From the human T2T-CHM13v2.0 reference genome, Homo sapiens: a stretch of 64,000 bases of DNA. The notes beneath the pieces were generated by a model that did not search any database, had not been told where the DNA came from, and saw nothing but the letters and a program-made list of their open reading frames with translations. The translations under genes and the position numbers were made by a program. The stretch is from NCBI GenBank assembly GCA_009914755.4, contig CP068257.2:20416001-20480000 (forward strand), written 5' to 3'. How positions within the stretch are numbered: the stretch's first letter is position 1; each line of letters opens with the position of its first letter. Shown piece by piece: positions 1 to 13,010 of the stretch.

Positions 1-95
1 ACAATTTTCAAGGGTACGATAATGTCACCCTTTTTTCATAAATATTTCCTTCTCTTTTGACTTTTTCTCATACCTTAAAAATCTATTTTATATCT

Positions 96-158
96 CTATC
101 TATACACATACATACATATATATGTATGTCTGTGTGTGTATACACATGTAAAATTACA
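96..158. repeat. Simple repeat, degenerate (TATC/TACA/TATG/TG)n
   Basis: Visible run ...tatctctatctatacacatacatacatatatatgtatgtctgtgtgtgtatacacatgta. Confidence 0.8.
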
Positions 159-185
159 GATTTTTGTTATGAACTAAATATTTAT

Positions 186-525
186 GTCCTCCCAAAACTC
201 ATATGTTGAAGTCTAATCCCCAATGCAATGGTGTTTAGAGATGAGGACTTTGGGAGGTGATTAGGATTACATAAGGTCATGAAGGTAGAGCCTTCACAAG
301 TAAGATTTGTGCCTTTATAAGAGTCATGAAAAAGCTTATTTCCCCTCTTTATTCTTTGCCATGTGAAGATACAGTGAGGAGTCAGCAGTTTGCAGCTTGG
401 AAGAGAGCCTTCACCAAAACCTGATCATCCCTTGATCTTTGATTTTGAGGATCCAGAAATGTGAAAAATCTATTTCTGGTTTTTATAAGCCACACACTCT
501 ATGGTACTTGATTATAGCAGCTGGA
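186..525 (+). mobile_element. ERVL-MaLR LTR (MST/MLT1-like) solo LTR
   Basis: 3' portion matches the MaLR LTR terminal motif (...ccagaaatgtgaaaaatctatttctggtttttataagccacacactctatggtacttgattatagcagc versus consensus ...ccagaactgtgagaaataaatttctgttgtttaagccacccagtctatggtattttgttatagcagc). The upstream part matches MaLR U3-like sequence (atgttgaagtctaatcccc...gaggactttgggaggtgattagg). Confidence 0.7.
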
Positions 526-1502
526 ATTTACACAAAAATATGTCTTTAACTAAAAGACTTCATTGTTAAACAGCAAAGATGTATATCAAGCAGATACATC
601 ACTGTTAGGAAGAGGGCCTTTTTGGTCTGGATGGGAAATCTAAGCACACTCGGCAACAGGTGGCAGGAGCACACTGGACCAACATGCAGATCCAGCCTTG
701 AAAAGTACCAATCGGGAGAAATTGAACAAATCATCTAACCTCTTTCATTATTTGTTTTGTTGACTTGTTGAATGTGAGTAATAACAAATTTGAAAGCTTG
801 TGGTGAGTACTGAAGACAACATATGCAAAATTGAGTTGATAAACTGTAATTTTCAATATTTACATTACTATAAATGGAGAGGAAAAGACTCTAACCTACT
901 TTACCCTTCAATTTTCTTGTAATTATAGTACTAATTAGAGGATGATTGTAGCTATACCCCAAGCTGGGTAAAGGTCAGTGATGCACACTCACAGTTTTTG
1001 AATTGAATTCAACCAATAAACTAAAGGAGTGGAGAGAGCAGGCTAAAAAGCACACTCTGTAGTTGGGCCAGCGCACTCTGTTCTGGAATTTCCTCCATGA
1101 GTCCCATGTTTCTTCCTGCATTTATATATTTTATTATAACAGCACGAATCAACATAATCACCCCATTTAAATGAAAACATCTTTCCAAGCACCACGAATT
1201 TTTGACATAATTATTAAAGTATACGTGAAAAAGGAAGGTGAAAACACTATTACATAAATAAAAGATAATTGAATATTAAAATATCCTGCAGTAATACAGT
1301 TAAAGAATAGAGATTCTATAAGTCAGAGAAGAAAAATTCCTCCACCGAATTTTTTAATTCATCCTAAGTGTCATTGATTTAAGTTTGTTGATACCTAAAT
1401 TTCAATTTACTTAAAATTTATTTGGAAATTTAAGACATAGTAACATTTGCAGTTTTTAGCAACTTATGTTCTTATTGACTACTTAAAGAAGTTAGTATTT
1501 TA

Positions 1503-2168
<666 letters not shown>

Positions 2169-2582
2169 ATTTTTAAAGATTTAAAACATTCATTGAATCT
2201 ACAATTTTCCAATTTAATATATGTTTTCAGTGGTTATTAATTATAGCATAGGATATTTGAGGATTTTGACTTAAAAAATATTTTAGTGCAACAAAATGAA
2301 ATTTAGCTCTTAAAAACAATACTGAAAATTTTCTTCTTGGCATTTAAAAACCAAGATTCTGGATATCCAGCTGATTAGGTTTAATGTAAAATGCATTAGT
2401 GTGTAGTGCTGAGCATTTCAGAATGCTTTTATCAAGAGGTCCAAACAAACGCAGTGGGTCATAATGTCAAATCAGTGGAATAATTCATGAACCAACTCAT
2501 CCTCTGACTTACTGACACTTACCAAGCTGTTGCCTTTAACCCCTAGCAAACCTATCTTAGAAATTAGAGGTTTACAAAGGAA

Positions 2583-2627
2583 TATATATATTTATTTATA
2601 TATATATACACACACACACACGTATAT
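2583..2627. repeat. Compound (TA)n(CA)n microsatellite
   Basis: atatatatatttatttatatatatatacacacacacacacgtatata. Confidence 0.9.
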
Positions 2628-4299
2628 AACAGAGAAATATATAGAGAAATCATTATTTTTACATATATGTAAAATAAATATATTTCTATTTTTACATGTA
2701 TGTATATTCTTTCTAGAAAATATATATTTAATAAACTTATAATTCTTGATTACATAGAAAGTAAAAATATAATACGTATTAAGTATATATATTTAGTAAA
2801 CTTCTTATCTTTGAGTACATCTCATACATTTTCTTATATTCTTAGTTGCATATGAATTAATTGCTGAAACTGTTTGTTTTTGAAGTTGATTGAAGATGGA
2901 GGTAACTCATTTTTATTCGTATTTTCGACCATTGACTCTTTTAGGATGCCTCCCTGTCTTTTCCTCCTACCCCTAAATATAAATATATAGTTATTTTACT
3001 TTCCTAGGGCCTCATTCTAAACCAACATACAAATAAATTTACAAAGGAAAAAATAAAATATGTATTATAACATGCAAAGTGATACTTGAGTTCAGTTATT
3101 ATGGTAATAAAAACAGTAAATTTCCTTATAATATCAATTTCTTAATCCTGTACCAATCTGATGCCAAGACACATTTCAGACAAAAATCTAATTTTTCAAT
3201 AGATTACATTATAACTGACTAATCAGAGAATAAAGGACAAGCACTGTGGACATAAATTTGTTTTTCTCCTTTCTACATCAAGAATACTTACATCTCTTTT
3301 TTTAAACAAAGAGGATCATCAGTGATAATACCTAATTACAATATTCATTTTCCTATTTAAGTTATAGAGATATATGCTTTTCTTTTCTATTCTTCTATAG
3401 TTACTATTACAAAGTAATGAACAACGAAACATTGTAATGATATATGGAAATTTGTAAACATTGATACCAATGAATCTTTTTATTCTTCCCGACAGTTGTA
3501 ACGTATATATTATGCTTGATACTGTAGTGCCCTGAGACTTCTGGTAACATTCTCTTTTAGATATAGTAGATCATATATGCACACTAAATATAGTAGATCA
3601 TATCTGCATGAAACATGCAGCAGCTTGGGGTCAATAATAGGCATGCACTTCTGAAATCTAAATGTTCATGAGTCCCATAAACCATAACCTGAAACAAGAA
3701 AATTTGAGTACCTATGCTGCAACTACTACTTTCAATATTTTATTAATGATTTACAAAACCATGAATACATGCTTTACATTATTTAATTCTGCTATTTCAA
3801 AAGTGAATCTATAACATGTAGGAATCTACAAAAATCACAATAGTATTGTTGAAAAACTAACTACTTATTCCAAACTCCCTACCCCCACCATTCTGTGATA
3901 CTTTTATTTTTCTTGTTGAAACTCTCACATTCTAGAAAGTGTGGACTCAGCTTAGGGCCTAGTTAATGCTGGTGATGAAGAAGAAATTCAGTAGATTTTA
4001 GCTAAAATAATGTACACGAATATATTATTAATTTATTTATTAATGGTCTTATAATGATTATAATAGTGATTGCTCACCAGATCACCAAATATGAAGTATT
4101 ATTGTCTAATATAAATGTTAATTTTAAAATATATAATATGTATTTGTATAAATATTTTCAATACAGTTATTGAGTACATGGCAGCATTTTTTAAATGTAA
4201 AGAATAATAAAACTAAAAAATGATATATGAAAATTTATCTCTTCAGGAAAATGCAAAAAACAATAAATATGTTTAGACATTATTGTATGTCTTAGTTTA

Positions 4300-5240
4300 T
4301 GCCGTTATAGAAAAAATCCATAGAATGGGTGGCTTCACCCAGGTAAATTCATTTCTAATAGTTCTGAAGGCTGGGAAGTCAAAGGTCAAAGTGACAGTAA
4401 GTCTGTTGTCTAATGAGGACACTCTTCCTGATTTTCAGATAGCCCTCTTTTCATATTATACTCACATGGCAGAAAGCAGAGATTTACAGCAAGCTCTCAG
4501 GTCTCTTCTTATGTAGACACTAATCTAATTCCTGAGAGCTCCACCTTCACAACTTAAATACCTCCCTAAGTCCACACCTCCTAATATCATCACATCAGGA
4601 ATCAGGACTTTAACATATGAATTTTGAGGGACACAGACATTGCCCATAACACTACATCCCTGGCTGCCCAAAATGTATATCCCTGCATGCCAAATACATT
4701 TATTTTACCCTAATAATCTCCAAAGTCTTAATTCATTCCAATATCAGCTATAAAGGGTAAAGTCCAAGGTCTTATTGGAACGTCATCTAAATTAGGTAGA
4801 GATAATACTTGAAGTGAGATTCATTCTAAGGCAAAATTCTCTGCAGCTGTGAGCCTGTGAAACCAAACAAGTTATCTGCTTCAAAAATATAATTATAGGA
4901 CAGGCATAGAGAAGACATTTCCATTTTTAAAGGGGGAAATAGGGAAAAAGGAAGGGACGATCTGTCCCAAGCAATTCTAAAATGTAGCAAGGAAAACTCC
5001 ATGAGTTCTTAAGGCTTGAGAACAATCTCCTTTGGCCTGATATTTTGCCTTTCATACCCACTGGGGTAGTACTGTTATCCCCACAGCTCAGTGCCCCATG
5101 CTGTGGCAATCTGTAGCGGCCCCACCCATGCTGAGGCTCTAATGGGTAGGAGGTCATGCTCCAGAGATGTGCAGGGTGGCTTTGCCTCCGCAATTTCTTT
5201 AGGAAGACTTCTGCCCTGTTGAAAGTTAGACAGTGTCCCT
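4300..5240 (+). mobile_element. Ancient LTR-retrotransposon-like interspersed repeat (ERVL/MaLR-like; exact family not assigned)
   Basis: Start carries the widespread motif gggtggctt...agttctgaaggctgggaagtcaaaggtcaaagtg (compare ggtggcttaaacaacagaaatttattttctcacagttctggaggctggaagtccaagatcaaggtg). Later parts (...catatgaattttgagggacacagacatt..., ...tctccaaagtcttaattcattccaatatcagc..., ...ctgtgagcctgtgaaaccaaacaagttatctgcttc...) run collinear with a long repeat consensus I recall but cannot name with certainty. Confidence 0.45.
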
Positions 5241-5280
5241 GATGGTCTCTGAATCACTTTCAGTGATTCTTCTTCCCTTT

Positions 5281-5322
5281 TCTTGAAGAACAGCACACAT
5301 TTCTTGAAGAAGAGCACACATT
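5281..5322. repeat. Tandem duplication, 2 x 21 bp
   Basis: tcttgaagaacagcacacatt followed by tcttgaagaagagcacacatt. Confidence 0.85.
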
Positions 5323-5520
5323 TACAGTCTTGCTTCATTACATCTCATTTTCCGTGTTTCCTTTAGTCCTAGTGTTTTCCTGGAATCATGCTATCTCTAT
5401 TCTGGGCTTCTATTGAGAGAGCTGGGAATTTCTGGTTTACCCCCACACTAATCTCCTTATCAAATGGTTGGTTTGCCACACCATTACTGTTCTCCTCCAA
5501 ACAAACACTCATTCACATTA

Positions 5521-5580
5521 TGTGTGTGTATATATATACACACATATACACATATATACACACGTGTATATGTATATATG
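5521..5580. repeat. (TG/TA/CA)n compound microsatellite
   Basis: tgtgtgtgtatatatatacacacatatacacatatatacacacgtgtatatgtatatatg. Confidence 0.9.
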
Positions 5581-8469
5581 CTTTGAATGTTTTAAATATT
5601 TAAGTCCTGGGTTTTTTTGGCTTAACAATTTCTTTTCCAATTCATTTATCTCTTTTTTCATTTTATTGTAAACATTCAGGTGAAATGAAACCATTCCGTA
5701 AACATTTTGGTTAGAAATGCTTTGAGTTAAATATTCAATATCACAAGTTATACATTCTACCTTCCACAAAACATTACTACACAAACACAGTTCAGCCAAG
5801 TTCTTTGGCACTTTATATCACAGATTATCCGTCTGCTTTCTAAAAACATCTCGCTTATTCCCATTTGATACCTCATTAGAATGACCCTTATAACTCATAT
5901 TTCTATTAACATTCTGTTCATGATTACTTACGTGTTTTCTAAGGAGATGAACACTTTCTCGACAACTCCACTCTTCCCTTTCTGAGCTCTAACCAGAATT
6001 GCCTTTAGAAAGGTCCTTCACGGCAGTATTAGCTTCTTTTAGCACTTACTCAAAACCCTTCCAATTTCTATCCATAACCTAGTTCCAAAGCTACATTTAT
6101 GTTTTTAGGTATTTCTTATAGAACCATTCCACTCTCGGTACTAATTTCTCTCTTAGTCATTCAGTCCATAACATTATCTGAATATAAAACTAATATACTC
6201 AATTTAAGATGCTGTGACAAATGGAGTAATATAGTCTTATAAACTGAAATTTTTCTCTCATAAATATGAGTTAAATACTCAAATATTTAAGTATGTTGAA
6301 CATTAAAAAATTAAATGTATTTTTGGTAGATCACACTGTGATTAAGAATAATTCAATATATGAGAAAAATAATGTTAAAGTAACTATAAATCCCATCCTT
6401 CAGGTCTAAATCATCATGAGCATTAGACAAAATTCATTTCTAACATTTTCTATACCTATTACAGATAGAATCATTGATAGGATAAGAAAAAGAAAGAAAA
6501 GTTTTACTTAAAATAGATTACTACTTTGTGTGATGTTTTCCAATCTAGTTATTATATTTCTTAGATCCTAGAAGAAGAAATGGAAGTGTATGCAAAGTAA
6601 GTATTTTTAATAATGTTTAATTACTGAATAGTTATTAATGACATTAAAAACCCCACAACACTATGAGTGAATAGAAACAAATATGAAAAACTTAACACGT
6701 TAAGCAAATTAAATACTGGTACTTTCACTCTTAGCTTCATGTAAACTTATGTTTCTCATTACTCCAATTAACAGTGCTCTTAAAACAATGAAATTTATAA
6801 TGATAGTGCCTCTGGAATTCGTGTGGGTGAAAGAAACATTGGTTTTAGAGTGAGATAATTATGAGTTCTAAACTGTCTCCAACACTCTCTATCGTCCATG
6901 GACTATTTTAAATACTTCAACCATAGTTTACTTATTTTGTTTCTGACATAGGATAATGAATTACAAACACATTTTTTTTCCCTTTTAAGAGTTACAAAAA
7001 TAACAATCTATTATTTCTTTGTAAAAATAACTGAATGAGTGTCTCTCCAGGGAGGTACATCCTGAGACTTAGAACAAGAGGACTCACTTGAATACAGGCA
7101 TCATAAATTATGATTTTCTTAATGAAAATTGACTCACAGAATCATTATATGTGAAATATGCATCATTATTTAATGAATTATTATTCTAACTACCTTTGAA
7201 ATATTTAATAACTATTTTTAAGTTTTGAGCAGTAAAATTTGAATTCAATCAGTATATCAAGAATTTATAATTAGCATATGACAAGAAAAGAAAGCCCTTC
7301 TAGAATAAATTAGATGAATACAAAATAAACAATTTTAAAATAAGGTATAAGACGTCATGTAAGCTTTCCAAAATAAACACAGAGATACATCATTCTGTAG
7401 GGAACCAGAGTTTCTTCAGAAACAGATTTCACACCATTAACGTTTTCAGGAACAACAGGCAACTTGATGAGATGGTGTCCCAAAATGACATATTGAATAA
7501 CAATTGAAAGCAATTTAAATAATCACTGAATTTTTTGATGATATAACATATATTTCATAATTATCTGTTATTTATCCAAGAAGATAAAAAGGAAAAATTC
7601 AATAAAGAATCTTTATGAAGGATAGAATCCAACCCAATATTGAGAAATTCATTACCTAAATGACTAATTTTTAATAGGCTGCAGTTTTTATTTTATGTTT
7701 TCCTTGTAATAGATTAGAAGTAAATATTTTTATATTAACAAAATGTATTGCTAAAAACAGTACATGCAAATATCAGCTTAACAAATACTGAACCATAAAA
7801 ACCATTTGGTTTATAGTTTTATGTATTCTGACAAAGAAAATAAAATCTCATCCGATACAGAGCATCCCATCAGGAGTGGAAAATACTAAGAACAAATTTC
7901 TAATTCAGTGAATCATTGCCTTGTATTTTTGAAAGAAATGGTCTTAAAAATGTGAAGAATAAGCAGCAATATTTAGAGGGTACAGCCTTTGGGCAAAAAG
8001 CAATCTGCTTAGAAACAGAAGGTATCCTTTTACACATGGTACGGAAAGGAAAGAAGGAAGCAAAACGTGAAAATTAAGGGATCGAAAACATGATAAAAAT
8101 GCAAGCAAACCAACCCCCAATACTAGCAAATAATGACTGTACACTTCAATTTAGCAAAAAAAGAAAAAGATAAATATGTTATATGATCAAAACATATACC
8201 TTACCCAAAATAATGACAAAAATTAAAAAAATAAACAAGGACTATAATTGAATGCAAAACAAATAGCAATGGATATAAATTTAACATTCATAACAGAACC
8301 AATGAAGACAAAAAGATAAATCGATTTAAGCAACTTCTGGATATAGTGCTCTGACTATTCCCTTGGAAGATTGCATCAGAGGAAAAAATAAACTGCTGAG
8401 TTATCTTGAATCTTAACTAGTAGAATTGTTAATAATTTTGTTTAGAACTGGAATATCATGAGTTTTTAC

Positions 8470-8560
8470 AAGCTCATAAATTATATATGTGTATGTAGAC
8501 ATATATTTGCATATATTATATATAAATACACATGTAACTACATGTATGTATAATATGTTA
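8470..8560. repeat. AT/TG-rich low-complexity simple repeat
   Basis: atatatgtgtatgtagacatatatttgcatatattatatataaatacacatgtaactacatgtatgtataatatg. Confidence 0.6.
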
Positions 8561-8828
8561 TAAAACATGACTGAAAAATATTTTATTAGAAATTAGTAAT
8601 GATTCAAAAGGCAATCTGAGAAATTTAAAAAGCACGGTTGAGATTTAAAATTCATTATGCTCTAGCTTTTGAAGTTCTCCAACACAAAACCGAAACCCTG
8701 AAATTTAAAGTGACTGGGCTTTAGTTGCCCAACTTAGTGGCTGTGTTGAGGTTTCATTTTTTGTGTTTCTTCTGGCTGCTTCACAGCGAAGATTTAAGAT
8801 TTAAACTCACAAGCTATGAGAAAATTAA

Positions 8829-9124
<296 letters not shown>

Positions 9125-9789
9125 AGAAGATTAAAATCTTAAGAAAGTAATCAGAATGTTACAGAATCAAAGTCATTCCCTTTAATCTTTTCTGAGATTG
9201 GGCTGTTGTATAATTGTTAATAAATTCTACTCCTACAAATTGATTAAAATTTTCATTTTTAAGATGTAGGGATAGAATATTTACTCTCCAATAGAACACA
9301 GTAAAAGTTATTCATTCCTAAGAGAAATAGAAAAAAATTGAATATGGGCAGGCAACATTATTTTACTATACAAAATAAACTGGTTTGAAACAAGTATTTT
9401 GATGAGAGGTTTTGTGGAGCAAGCAACATTATTTGCTTTTAAAAAATGCCTATTCATGGTTTCATCTACTTACTGCTTTTAGAATTGTTAATTTGGCATT
9501 GTGATAAGACAAGCTGTGAGATTCACCACATTTAATATTAAATGCCAAAAAGAAAAAGAATGATTGTGCGGTGGATTTGAAACTGAGGAACATGAGCATT
9601 AATTACAAAATGTTGAAAATATTTCATTGCACATTTCATTGGCTACATTGTGCTTCTTAGCTGTAGAAGCCATAAAAACTTACTTATGCTCTTATTTCTA
9701 AAAGAATTGTAAATATAATCATATTTAAAAAATTTAAACAGAATTGTGTAGTCATTATTATGTAGTTTTAAAGTACATATGATTATTAA

Positions 9790-11649
9790 GTTAGAGTAGA
9801 TACATTGTAAAAGGCATCCAAATTGGAAAAGAGGAAGCCAAATTGTCTCTCTTTGCAGATGACATAATCTTATACATAGAAAAAACTGAGGACTTCACCA
9901 GAAAACTTAGAACTCATAAACTCAGTAAAGTTACATAATACAAAATTAACATATAAAAGTCAGTAGTATTTCTGTAAAACAAATAACAAACTAGCTGAAA
10001 AAGAAATCAAGAAAACAGTCCTATTTACCATGGCTACATATATTAAATAGTTAGGAATAAATTTAACCATAGACATGAAAGACTTCTGCAATAAAAACTA
10101 CAAAATGCTAATGAAAGAAATTGAAAAGGACACAGACAAATAGAAGGACATCTCATGCTCATGCACTGGAAGAATTAATATTCCTAAAACGTCCATACTA
10201 CTCAAAGCAAACTATAGATGCAATGCAATCCCTATCAGAATACCAAAGACATGCTTCACAGAAACAGAAAAAAAAAAATCCTAAAATTTATTTGCACCAC
10301 AAAACAACCTGAAAAGCCTAACCAATCCTGGGCAAAAAGAACAAAACTTAGGTATCACACCACCTGACTTCAAAATATACTGCAAGGCTACAATAAACAA
10401 ATCAGTATAATACCGGCATAAAAACAGACACATAGATCAATGGGACAGACTGGATAACCATAAATAAATCCACATATTCATGGTCAACTGATTTTTGACA
10501 AAGTTGCTTAAAATACATATTAGGGATAGGACACCCTCTTTAGTAAATCCTTCTGGGAAAACTGGATATCCAGATACAGAAGTATTAAAATGAATCTCTA
10601 TCTCTCACAATATAAAAAAATCAACTGAAAATGGATTAAAGACTTAAATGTTAAATCCCAAAACTATAAAAATACTAGAAGAAAACATGGGGGCAATGCT
10701 TTAGGACACTGATGTTGGCAAAGGTTTTAAGTTTAAGAGCCTAAAAGCACAGGCAACAACAACAAAATAAACAAACAATTCTATTAAACTACAAATCTTC
10801 TGCGTAGCACAGAAAACAATTAACAAAGTGAAGAGATAACCTGTAGAATCATAGAACATATTTGTAAACTATTTATTTGCATATATGGAAACATAACAAA
10901 TATCTGTATAAAGGTACTAATATTCAGAATATGTAAGAACTCAAGACAACTCAAGAGAAAAAAAACAGATATTGCATTAAAAAGTGGACAAAAGATCTGA
11001 ATAGAATTTCTCAAATGAAAATATACAAATTGACAATAGGAATATAAAAAAACTTAATATCAATACTCAGCACGGAAATGAAAATGAAAACAAACACAAT
11101 ATAACACACCAGTTAGAATGGTTATATCAAAAACACAAAAAAATAACAAATGCTAGCAATGATGAGGAGAAAGGGAAACTGTTATATATTATTGATGGGA
11201 ATGTAAACTTGTACAGTCATTTGGAAAACAGTGTGGAGGTTTCTCAAAAACTAAAAATAGAACTACAATATGATATAGAAATTCCACTATTGGGTAGTGA
11301 TCCAAAGGAAAGGAAATCCGCATAACAAACAGATAACTGTATCTTATGTTTATGGCAGCACTGTTCACACTGGTCAAAATATAGAATCAACCTAGGTGTC
11401 CCTCAGTTAAGAAAATGTGGTATATATACATAATGTAATATTATTCAGTCACAGAAAAGCATGAAATTCTGTTATTTGCAGCAACATAGATGAAACTGGA
11501 AGTCCTTATGCTAAATGAAATAAGTGAGGTAAAGAAAGACAAACTTCGCATATTCTTAATCTTATGTGGGAACCAAAATAGTTGACCTCATATAGGCAGA
11601 GAGTAGAATGATGTTTACCAGAGTCTGGGAAGTATAGAAGATAGGGGTT
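9790..11649 (+). mobile_element. LINE-1 (older L1PB/L1MA-like), ORF2 3' half plus start of the 3' end, + orientation
   Basis: aaaggcatccaaattggaaaagaggaagccaaattgtctctctttgcagatgacat matches the conserved L1 ORF2 region (aaaggcatccaaataggaagagaggaagtcaaattgtccctgtttgcagacgacatg). Later ...atggattaaagacttaaatgttaaatcccaaaactataaaaa... and ...aaatgaaataagtgaggtaaagaaagacaaacttcgcat... follow the ORF2 and 3' end order. The body is interrupted at 11649 by a younger L1 (next feature). Confidence 0.85.
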
Positions 11650-12517
11650 TGTTTCCATCAAAAAGTGGGCGAAGGATATGCACAGACACTTCTCAAAAGA
11701 AGACATTTACGCACCCAACAAACATATGAAAAAAAGCTCACCATCACTGGTCATTAGAGAAATGCAAATCAAAACCACAATGAGATACCATCTCACGCCA
11801 GTTAGAATGGCAATCATTAAAAAGTCAGGAAACAACAGATGCTGGAGAGGATGAGGAGAAATAGGAATGTTTTTACACTGTTGGTGGGAGTATAAATTAG
11901 TTCAACCATTGTGGAAATCAGTGTGGCAATTCCTCAAGTTTCTAGAACCAGAAATACCATTTGACCCTGCAATCCCATTACTGGTTATATATCCAAAGGA
12001 TTATAAATCATTCTCCTATGAAGACACATGCACATGTATGTTTATTGTGGCACTGTTCACAATAGCAAAGACTTGGAATCAACCCAAACGCCCATCAATG
12101 ATAGACTGGATAAAGAAAATGTAGCACATATACACCATGGAATACTATGCAGCCATAAAAAAGGATGAGTTCATGTCCTTTGCAGGGACATGGATGAAGC
12201 TGGAAACCATCATTCTCAGCAAAGTATCACGAGAACAGGAAACCAAACATCGCATGTTCTCACTCATAAGTAGGAGTTGAACAATGAGAACACATGGACA
12301 CAGGGAGGGGAACATCACACACCAGGGCCTGTCAGAGGGTGGGAGGCAAGGGGAGGGATAGCATTAGGAGAAACACCTAATGCAGATGATGGGTTGATGG
12401 GTGCATCAAACCACCATGGCACGTGTATACCTATGTAACAAACCTGCACGTTCTGCACATATACCCCAGAACTTAAAGTATCATAAAACAATAAATAATT
12501 AAATAAATAAATAAATA
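11650..12517 (+). mobile_element. LINE-1, L1PA-like, 5'-truncated 3' fragment (about 870 bp) inserted into the older L1, + orientation
   Basis: ccatcaaaaagtgggcgaaggatatgcacagacacttctcaaaagaagacatttacgcacccaacaaacatatgaa... matches L1PA (ccccatcaaaaagtgggcgaaggacatgaacagacacttctcaaaagaagacatttatgcagccaaaaaacacatgaa). Continues through ...gtaacaaacctgcacgttctgcacatataccccagaacttaaagtatcataaaacaataaataattaaataaataaataaataag, an A-rich tail. Flanked by an approximate 12 bp direct repeat aagataggggtt at 11638-11649 and 12518-12529, a target-site duplication. Confidence 0.9.
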
Positions 12518-12529
12518 AGATAGGGGTTG

Positions 12530-12619
12530 GCTAATGGATGTAATCATAGTTCGAAGGAATAAATTCTAGTGTTCAATGGCACAGTAGGGTGACTATAGTT
12601 AACAATAATTTATTTTGTT
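12530..12619 (+). mobile_element. Continuation of the older L1 3' end (segment 2 of 3)
   Basis: ggctaatggatgtaatcatagttcgaaggaataaattctagtgttcaatggcacagtagggtgactatagttaacaataatttattttg matches older L1 3'UTR (...ggttaatgggtacaaaattacagttagatagaaggaataagttctagtgttctatagcacagtagggtgactatagttaacaataatgtattg...). Confidence 0.8.
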
Positions 12620-12727
12620 TTATTTATTTATTTTTCTTTAACTTTTAAGTTCAGGGGTATCCACGTAGGTTGTGCAGTTTTGCTATATAAGTAAACATGT
12701 GCCATGGTGGTTTGCTGCACAGATCAA
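12620..12727 (-). mobile_element. Short L1 3'-terminal fragment, - orientation, inserted into the older L1 3' end
   Basis: Starts with a poly-T-like run (ttttatttatttatttttctttaac), then ttttaagttcaggggtatccacgtaggttgtgcagttttgctatataagtaaacatgtgccatggtggtttgctgcac. This is the reverse complement of the L1PA 3' terminus. Confidence 0.75.
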
Positions 12728-13010
12728 AATAGCTGGAGCAGGAAATTTGAAACGCTCCCAACAGAAAGAAAAGATAAACGCTTGCGGTGATGAATTTGCT
12801 AAATACCCTGAATTGATCATTATACATCGTATACATATATTAGATTATCACATGTACCACATAAATATGTATAACTATTATGTATCATCCAACATGAAAA
12901 AAAGAAGATACGATGTCACAAAACATATTATGAATGCGCCTTATTTACCCAAATATAACTATATTATTTTAAATGTGAATAACAGAAAAAAAAAAGCAAA
13001 CTTGCAACCC
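12728..13010 (+). mobile_element. Continuation of the older L1 3' end (segment 3 of 3) to its A-rich terminus
   Basis: tcaaaatagctggagcaggaaatttgaaacgctcccaacagaaagaaaagataaacgcttgcggtgatgaatttgctaaataccctgaattgatcattatacat... matches the older L1 3' end (tcaaaatagctagaagagaggattttgaatgttctcaacacaaagaaatgataaatgtttgaggtgatggatatgctaattaccctgatttgatcattatacat...). Ends in an A-rich stretch near 12960-13000. Confidence 0.8.
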
